Positions 59,254-64,000 of a stretch of DNA of 64,000 bases are shown here, in pieces. This stretch comes from a virus (lineage: Duplodnaviria; Caudoviricetes). Each line of letters starts with the position of its first letter. Position 1 is the stretch's first letter. The notes under the pieces are model-generated. The model was not told the DNA's origin. It did not search any database and worked only from the letters and a program-made list of their open reading frames with translations. The DNA is taken from IMG/VR virus record IMGVR_UViG_3300035676_000001, one strand, 5' to 3'. The translations under genes and the position numbers were made by a program.

Positions 59254-59655
59254 TTATCTTGTTGCCTCTAATATAAATGAGAATTGCTGTGTTGGAATTT
59301 CTTGTCCGATAATGTTAAAAGTAACTGTAACTTCAAAGTCATTTGTATCAGGTCTTGGATCTACATCAACAATTACATCAGTGACTCTAGGTTCATAGTT
59401 CTGAATACAAGTAATAATCTGGTCTCGGACTGTCGATGCAGTACCGAAATCAACAAAATCAAACAGACTAGAGCGAACATTCGAACCGATTGTAGAATTA
59501 AAAAATCTTTCGGTAGGAATTGTTTCAACTAAATTACGAATTGACCTTATAATAGCATTTTGATTCTTCAAAATTGGCAAATCCTTAGTAACAGGATGAG
59601 GTTCAAAGGATAAGCTAATATCTTTGAAGGATCTAGATATCCTAGTAATTGCCAT
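59254..59655 (-). CDS. gp25: Baseplate wedge subunit gp25
   Basis: FKDISLSF..HP.T.DL, AIIRSIRNL...ERFF and YEPRV. Confidence 0.93.
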   Translation of the reverse strand: MAITRISRSFKDISLSFEPHPVTKDLPILKNQNAIIRSIRNLVETIPTERFFNSTIGSNVRSSLFDFVDFGTASTVRDQIITCIQNYEPRVTDVIVDVDPRPDTNDFEVTVTFNIIGQEIPTQQFSFILEATR

Positions 59656-59685
59656 CGGACATAAAATTTCTTTATTTATTTATGT

Positions 59686-59928
59686 TCATTTCCAGGGAGA
59701 ACCATAGACTGGTTCAGTTCCATATGACCAATCATCATAGTCTTCATCATTTCTAATTTTTTCGTGCAACTCAACTTGTTTTTTGAAGTCGTGCTTTGGT
59801 GCCAAGTCGTGCATAACCTCTTGAATGACTCTTTTTGGAGGTTCTACACCATAATCTGTAATCAATTTAGTGGTTCCCCACATCTCTCTCATATAATTTG
59901 AGTCTCTATCGACGGGTAAATTAGACAT
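59686..59928 (-). CDS. Conserved hypothetical protein (80 aa)
   Basis: MWGTTKLITDY motif. AGGAG Shine-Dalgarno 5 nt before the ATG. Confidence 0.7.
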   Translation of the reverse strand: MSNLPVDRDSNYMREMWGTTKLITDYGVEPPKRVIQEVMHDLAPKHDFKKQVELHEKIRNDEDYDDWSYGTEPVYGSPWK

Positions 59929-59998
59929 TTTAGCTCCTGTTTTAACGAATAAAACAGAACTTTTATGAAGGAGGTTGCTATCTCCTATTGTCTATTTA
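59929..59998 (-). promoter_or_regulatory. Late promoter followed by a two-hairpin leader that occludes the Shine-Dalgarno
   Basis: TAAATA, then AGGAG-ATAGCAAC-CTCCT, then AGTTCTGTTTT-ATTCGTT-AAAACAGGAGCT-AAA-ATG. Confidence 0.5.
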
Positions 59999-60337
59999 AC
60001 GACTCACTTCTCTGAGAGAATAGTTATCAGAATCTAAGTATTTTAGTAACTCTAATGCAATTAATTTTGGATTTCCTTCGCCACATGTATAGACATCAAT
60101 CGCAATGCACCCATTTTCTGGCCAAGTATGACAAGAAACATGACTTTCTGCCAGTGCAATGACGATAGTACACCCTTGTGGATAAAAACAATGTTGAAAA
60201 ATGTTCAGAATCGTCATCTTTGCCCTTTCAATTCCTCTCTCCATCACTTCTTGAAGAGAAATTGAATCGTTTAAAAGACCAAACTCAACATCATACACCT
60301 CTAAAAGAAGGTGTTTACCCATAGAAACCCTTTCCAA
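59996..60337 (-). CDS. speD: S-adenosylmethionine decarboxylase proenzyme (pyruvoyl-dependent)
   Basis: MGKHLLLE, PQG, AE/SHVSCHTWPE and DVYTCG. Start is TTG at 60337 or ATG at 60322. Confidence 0.88.
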   Translation of the reverse strand: MERVSMGKHLLLEVYDVEFGLLNDSISLQEVMERGIERAKMTILNIFQHCFYPQGCTIVIALAESHVSCHTWPENGCIAIDVYTCGEGNPKLIALELLKYLDSDNYSLREVSR

Positions 60338-60357
60338 CGCACAAAAATCCTAAAAAT

Positions 60358-60813
60358 TTATTTATTTCTAATATTTTGGACCATCTCATAGTCCTCTTCT
60401 AAGATTTTTTTTAGATACTCATCATCCCAAAGGTCATAGTACCCAGTTTTTGCTAAAATTTTCCTCATTTTAGTCAAAAATTCTTCATTTTGATACAATA
60501 TAAGATTATAGAGTCCATTATTTGTTTGAACACCGTTAATAAAACTTGGTTCATCTCTAAAATCATCAAAAAACTTGTATTTTGGATATAATTTATTCAG
60601 TTCTTGAATCTTCTGATACCCATAATCCAAGTCTAAGTCATCTTCAACGACAAAAATGACGACACCAAACTCCTCATCAAGAGGTTTGATATCGTCAATC
60701 GAACATTTTACAATTTTATATGTATTTGTTTTTGCAAAAGGGCATATCGAATAACCTTTAAGGTCTGGATGAGAGTTTTTTATTTTATCAATCCATTCCT
60801 CAAGATCATTCAT
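60358..60813 (-). CDS. Hypothetical protein, DUF1415-like
   Basis: EEWI...ICPFAK N-terminus. Start trimmed to the ATG at 60813. Confidence 0.45.
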   Translation of the reverse strand: MNDLEEWIDKIKNSHPDLKGYSICPFAKTNTYKIVKCSIDDIKPLDEEFGVVIFVVEDDLDLDYGYQKIQELNKLYPKYKFFDDFRDEPSFINGVQTNNGLYNLILYQNEEFLTKMRKILAKTGYYDLWDDEYLKKILEEDYEMVQNIRNK

Positions 60814-60962
60814 CACCCTTTACCTTGACCCCTATACTTCTTACGAGCTCCGTTACGAGAAGACGCGGCATACTTAGTTCCGCCTCCATCGCCTTGGCGA
60901 GACTTTTTAGGAGGACCGGGAATATAAGAGCTCTTATTTAAACCAACCTTTGCTTTAGCCAT
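60813..60962 (-). CDS. 49-aa Lys/Arg/Gly-rich protein (not in ORF track)
   Basis: MAKAKVGLNKSSYIPGPPKKSRQGDGGGTKYAASSRNGARKKYRGQGKG, with stop/start overlaps at both ends. Confidence 0.7.
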   Translation of the reverse strand: MAKAKVGLNKSSYIPGPPKKSRQGDGGGTKYAASSRNGARKKYRGQGKG

Positions 60963-61126
60963 TAATTTTCTCCTATAATTTCAGTTTCAATTTCATTCGG
61001 ACTTGGAGAACCTGTCTGATAAAACTCAATTGCCAGATCCTCCATTATATTGAAGTATTCTTCCTCTGTGAGAGAGGAGTAAATCTTACGCCCTTTACAA
61101 AGTATATTGTAAGTTTCGTTAGCCAT
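60962..61126 (-). CDS. 54-aa acidic hypothetical protein (not in ORF track)
   Basis: MANETYNILCKGRKIYSSLTEEEYFNIMEDLAIEFYQTGSPSPNEIETEIIGEN. Packs exactly between its neighbours. Confidence 0.7.
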   Translation of the reverse strand: MANETYNILCKGRKIYSSLTEEEYFNIMEDLAIEFYQTGSPSPNEIETEIIGEN

Positions 61127-61131
61127 TCGAA

Positions 61132-61890
61132 TCAGATAATTCTTGTCTTCTCGTGACCAACTCTAATACGAGGGTCGCACCAGATTTCAAAACCTGCTTC
61201 CTTCGCATCTAAACAGAATGATACATCTTCTCCACACATATCCTGAACCTCACCAGATTCAAAGACTTGCATCTTTGGAGCAAACCAAGGATACTTCATT
61301 TCAGAGTGCTCAAAAACACCATGCTTAATCAGCAACCAACCAAATCCTGCATAATCAACAGTAAAAGGTTTACGACGCTTTGAGATACTCTCTACGGTTT
61401 CATGATTCATCACACCACCATTGTTACGGAAATCTTCTTCTTCCATCCAATGAGCAACTGATGTTGTATGACCATCTTCAGTAGCATACCAACCAGAAGC
61501 AATGTCTTGGTCCATCAAGACCAACTGCCAGAACTTTTCAGTATTGAAAACAATATCCGAGTCAATCCAAAGTTGCCAATCATATTTCAGTTTACCATCC
61601 CAGGGAATTTGGTCAGGTCCACGCAGTACATTCGCTCCCAAACACTTACATCTTGCGAAATTAACCATCGAAGAGTAATCTTGCGAGATTTGAATGCTTG
61701 CTCCTGCCTGTACAAGATCAAAACAAAGTTGCACAAAATTCTTTAAGTAAGTATAAGAGACTCCTCTCCCAGGCAGACAGAACACAACGGACTTGCCGCG
61801 CACCATTTCTTTTGCCTGATTATAATCCCATTCGGGCTCTGTTGAAGACGCTACAGGCGCCTTTGCTTTTACAGTAAATCCTTTAGCCAT
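61132..61890 (-). CDS. GT-A-fold glycosyltransferase-like protein
   Basis: LWIDSDIVF (DxD), FTVDYAGFGWLLIK, GEDVSFC and RVGHEK. Confidence 0.6.
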   Translation of the reverse strand: MAKGFTVKAKAPVASSTEPEWDYNQAKEMVRGKSVVFCLPGRGVSYTYLKNFVQLCFDLVQAGASIQISQDYSSMVNFARCKCLGANVLRGPDQIPWDGKLKYDWQLWIDSDIVFNTEKFWQLVLMDQDIASGWYATEDGHTTSVAHWMEEEDFRNNGGVMNHETVESISKRRKPFTVDYAGFGWLLIKHGVFEHSEMKYPWFAPKMQVFESGEVQDMCGEDVSFCLDAKEAGFEIWCDPRIRVGHEKTRII

Positions 61891-61912
61891 AAGATAAGTC
61901 GTTTACATTCAT

Positions 61913-61941
61913 ATCATACTATATTATGTATTCGTTGTCAA
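61913..61941 (-). promoter_or_regulatory. Sigma70-type promoter of the GT-A-like operon
   Basis: TTGACA-17 nt-TATGAT. Confidence 0.8.
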
Positions 61942-62112
61942 TCAGTCCCGTTCTGAGAGAATCACTTCATTTCCCTCTATTGAAAGTCTTATCTCAGTAT
62001 CTTCGTACCAGGAGAGTTCATTTATAATTTGCTCTGGAATAATCATAAAGTATTCACCCGTAATTGGATCGACCTGTATGGACTCAAAAATATCTCCGGA
62101 ATTTTTTTTCAT
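61942..62112 (-). CDS. AbrB/MazE-like swapped-hairpin protein (56 aa)
   Basis: TGEYFMIIPEQIINELSWYEDTEIRLSIEGNEVIL fits the IP...L.W..G..+...+.G..+I+ pattern. Start trimmed to 62112. Confidence 0.55.
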   Translation of the reverse strand: MKKNSGDIFESIQVDPITGEYFMIIPEQIINELSWYEDTEIRLSIEGNEVILSERD

Positions 62113-62294
62113 TTCGTGTATTATATGCAACCTTTTTCAGAATTATATAGTATCCGGAATTTTTTGAAGAGTGTGATATTTAGAGGTCGATTTGGGTCGT
62201 TTATAGCTTAGGGTAGTGGTGCGTTTTTATATACGGGGGCGCCCCGCCGCACAAATTACCCCAACGGAACTGCCAAACACGAACGCATAAGGCA

Positions 62295-62324
62295 CTGCCC
62301 CCCACCCCGAAGGGCAGAGGGCAG
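62295..62324 (-). terminator. 13-bp GC hairpin with UUCG loop ending the GC-rich module
   Basis: CTGCCCTCTGCCC-TTCG-GGGTGGGGGGCAG pairs at all 13 positions when G-U is allowed. Only a weak U tract follows. Confidence 0.6.
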
Positions 62325-62332
62325 GGGGTGGG

Positions 62333-62524
62333 TCACCAGGTCGGCAGTGCCTCCCCTGCCTCATGAGCGTGTGCCTCCGAATACTGGGCTGCGATGGCGG
62401 TAGCGGGCAGACCCCAATGGATGTAGGCGGAGGGGCGGGACCCGTTCTTCAGTTGGTCGGCACGGGAAATCCACTTGATTTGACGGGTCTCCAGGTCAGA
62501 GCACATCGCAAGGGGGAAACGCAT
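62333..62524 (-). CDS. Small hypothetical protein (63 aa)
   Basis: MRFPLAMCSDLETRQIKWISRADQLK...; has its own TTGACC-18 nt-TACAAT promoter. Start trimmed to 62524. Confidence 0.65.
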   Translation of the reverse strand: MRFPLAMCSDLETRQIKWISRADQLKNGSRPSAYIHWGLPATAIAAQYSEAHAHEAGEALPTW

Positions 62525-62573
62525 GGGGGGGGTGGTGAACTGAGAGAATTGTAGAGCACGAAGGGGGCAGGGG

Positions 62574-62762
62574 TCAATACCCCAGCCAGACCAGAAACTC
62601 ACCAGCATCGACGGGACCGAATCGGGCGGTCACCCCATAGTCGGTGCGGAAGTCATCCCACAGACCATGGTCCTTTGCTGCCTGGCAGGCGGTGCCCCAG
62701 CGGATGCAGCCGTTCTCATCGGTGCAGGATTCCAGCAGGTCGGGGAAGGTGGCGAATGTCAT
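62574..62762 (-). CDS. Small hypothetical protein (62 aa)
   Basis: MTFATFPDLLES...GEFLVWLGY; has its own TACAAT -10. Confidence 0.7.
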   Translation of the reverse strand: MTFATFPDLLESCTDENGCIRWGTACQAAKDHGLWDDFRTDYGVTARFGPVDAGEFLVWLGY

Positions 62763-62795
62763 GGGGTCCGTTGCGGATGAGAGTATTGTAGCAGG

Positions 62796-63017
62796 TCAGG
62801 CGGCGGATTTGGCAGCGAGCATCAGGGCATGGAATTTATGGAATTCGTGGGTCATGCCAGGGGAGAGCGTCGGGCGTCCCTTGCTACCGTGAGCGGGGAG
62901 GTGGAAGGTCTGGGCGATGGCGGGGTGGGTCACTTTGTCGTGACTGCCGCCTGATTTGATGGTGGCGCCTGCCTTCAGAATCAGGCGGCGGGCGTCACGA
63001 ATCTTGAGAGGTTGCAT
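62796..63017 (-). CDS. hicA: HicA-like (YcfA family) dsRBD-fold mRNA interferase
   Basis: MQPLKIRDARRLILKAGATIKSGGSHDKVTHPAIAQTFHLPAHGSKGRPTLSPG has the GSH catalytic motif, HP, +P.H and L..G. Start trimmed to 63017. Confidence 0.75.
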   Translation of the reverse strand: MQPLKIRDARRLILKAGATIKSGGSHDKVTHPAIAQTFHLPAHGSKGRPTLSPGMTHEFHKFHALMLAAKSAA

Positions 63018-63039
63018 CGGGTCCGTTGCGGTCTTCCTA

Positions 63040-63095
63040 ATGGTAAGACCCCCAGCGGCGAACCGTGGGGGTCTGGGGTCAGATTCAGAATTGGA
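63040..63095 (-). promoter_or_regulatory. Two-box element + hairpin + -10 upstream of hicA
   Basis: TCCAATT-CTGAA-TCTGACCCC, then a 29-nt AGACCCCCA...TGGGGGTCT hairpin, then TACCAT. Confidence 0.65.
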
Positions 63096-63228
63096 TGGAT
63101 TCGAAGTAGGCGGCGCAGTCTGCGATGTTGGCGTCTGCCTCATCGTTGGCGATGGTCTCCAGAATCTCCAGCAGTTGGGCGCCAGTGGCAGCGCGGTTCA
63201 GGAGGGCGGTTGCGAGGTCCAGGGTCAT
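63085..63228 (-). CDS. 47-aa hypothetical protein (not in ORF track)
   Basis: MTLDLATALLNRAATGAQLLEILETIANDEADANIADCAAYFESIQF; has its own TACAAT -10. Confidence 0.7.
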   Translation of the reverse strand: MTLDLATALLNRAATGAQLLEILETIANDEADANIADCAAYFESIQF

Positions 63229-63287
63229 GGTAGGATTGTCGGTTGATTGGTTGCGGCAGTCTTTAGGGCGCTGCCGTTCCCATTGTA

Positions 63288-63464
63288 TCAGGCAGCGATG
63301 AGGAGGTCATTCTCCCAGCGGGAGAGGTTCAGGACCTCATCGTAGAGTCGGTCCGCGACCTGCTCAACATAGCGGCGCTCGTCTGCCTTCAGGATGGCGG
63401 CGCGGCACTGAGCGGCAATCTCATCGATGCTCAGGGCGCGGTCGGTGGCGGGGTTGTAGCGCAT
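63288..63464 (-). CDS. 58-aa hypothetical protein (not in ORF track)
   Basis: MRYNPATDRALSIDEIAAQCRAAILKADERRYVEQVADRLYDEVLNLSRWENDLLIAA. Confidence 0.7.
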   Translation of the reverse strand: MRYNPATDRALSIDEIAAQCRAAILKADERRYVEQVADRLYDEVLNLSRWENDLLIAA

Positions 63465-63492
63465 GGGTCGGTTGCCTTTGGTTGACTTTAGA

Positions 63493-63549
63493 ATTCTAAG
63501 GGGTCAGGGGGTCGGGTGTGACCCCCAGTGTGCCAGTGCCTCAGTCGGC
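63493..63549 (-). promoter_or_regulatory. Two-box element + hairpin + -10
   Basis: GCCGACT-GAGGC-ACTGGCACA, then 30 nt with GGGGGTC/GACCCCC, then TAGAAT. Confidence 0.65.
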
Positions 63550-63717
63550 ATAGAGGCGCTGGAAGTCGTCCACAAACTCCCGTGCCTCATCGCCAGACAT
63601 CCGAGCGACCATCTCACGGGCGACGGTCTCCCAGGAGAAGTCGTCTGCCAGATCATAGATGGCAGAGCGGGCAGCGGTGGCGCTCAGGTTGGCGGCGTTG
63701 ATTTGAGCGTAGGTCAT
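63541..63717 (-). CDS. 58-aa hypothetical protein
   Basis: MTYAQINAANLSATAARSAIYDLADDFSWETVAREMVARMSGDEAREFVDDFQRLYAD. Start trimmed to 63717. Confidence 0.7.
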   Translation of the reverse strand: MTYAQINAANLSATAARSAIYDLADDFSWETVAREMVARMSGDEAREFVDDFQRLYAD

Positions 63718-63741
63718 GGTGGGGTCGGTTGAACTGAGAGT

Positions 63742-63798
63742 ATTGTAGGGGGTCAGGGGGGTCAGAATGCCACCAGCTGGTCCAGATCCCATTGTGGC
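63742..63798 (-). promoter_or_regulatory. Two-box element + -10, boxes embedded in the upstream CDS
   Basis: GCCACAA-TGGGA-TCTGGACCA, then 30 nt, then TACAAT. Confidence 0.55.
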
Positions 63799-64000
63799 AC
63801 ACTGGGGACCTCATCGATCACATAGAAACCCTGATTCTTGCGAATCCAGGCGTTGATATGCTTCGTCGTCGTCGCGCTCCATTTGTAGGAGGTCCGCATC
63901 CATCCTTTGCCAGGGACGATGGCGGCGACGGGTTGAGCGTAGGAGAACAGGATGCAGGACCCATCGGCAAGGATGACCTCAGTCTGATTGGCGCCGATTT
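63762..64000 (-). CDS. Hypothetical protein (5' end beyond window end)
   Basis: ...IGANQTEVILADGSCILFSYAQPVAAIVPGKGWMRTSYKWSATTTKHINAWIRK...LVAF*, an open frame to the window edge. Confidence 0.7.
   Translation of the reverse strand, partial: IGANQTEVILADGSCILFSYAQPVAAIVPGKGWMRTSYKWSATTTKHINAWIRKNQGFYVIDEVPSVPQWDLDQLVAF

Noticed and set aside
62574-62762. ORF after hicA as a HicB antitoxin (ATFPDL...GCI.WG...AKD)
   Set aside because: It needs an 8-aa insertion in the core motif, lacks the usual N-terminal strands and TxEEA helix, and has its own promoter. Not supported, though worth including in a neutralisation test.
62796-63143. 115-aa version of the hicA ORF and other extended N-termini in the ORF track (gp62, dam, gp13, 62333-62608, 63541-63792)
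   Set aside because: The extensions run through promoters, hairpins or upstream genes. Downstream ATGs fit the family N-termini and the stop/start overlaps.
1-64000. CRISPR arrays, tRNAs, rRNA, integrase, transposase, or a reverse transcriptase / diversity-generating retroelement
   Set aside because: No regularly spaced repeats, cloverleafs or relevant catalytic motifs were found by eye. Intergenic gaps are mostly under 100 nt. A tRNAscan run would be needed to exclude tRNAs fully.

Overview
A 64-kb piece of a T4-like myovirus genome, most likely a cyanophage (Kyanoviridae-like). The picocyanobacterial host is inferred from an NblA-like ORF, a DUF3110-like ORF, a cobS-like gene and overall synteny. 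Every credible gene is on the minus strand. In transcription order (high to low coordinates) the window holds: (1) a GC-rich (about 60-70% in sampled lines) module of tiny promoter-bearing genes at 62.3-64 kb that includes a HicA-like RNase; (2) small genes including a GT-A-like protein and speD; (3) an AT-rich virion block: gp25, gp6, a 3957-aa gp7-like protein, gp8, a 2395-aa VrlC-like protein, gp13-gp16, an island, gp17-gp23 and gp3; (4) recombination and late-transcription genes uvsY, uvsW, gp55, gp47, gp46; (5) a metallopeptidase-VWA / AAA+ (CobS-like) pair; (6) replication accessory genes gp45, gp44, gp62, regA with inserted dam, a PD-(D/E)xK-like ORF and a denV-like glycosylase. The most notable signals are an NblA-like 58-aa ORF missed by the ORF track inside the virion operon, an apparently solitary HicA-like gene, a fixed-geometry two-box promoter element shared by five promoters, a putative nuclease coupled to dam, a protein with a T4 internal-protein-like N-terminus, and a back-to-back promoter at gene 55. 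No tRNA, rRNA, CRISPR array, integrase or transposase was recognised. All family assignments come from motif recognition and memory, not database searches.
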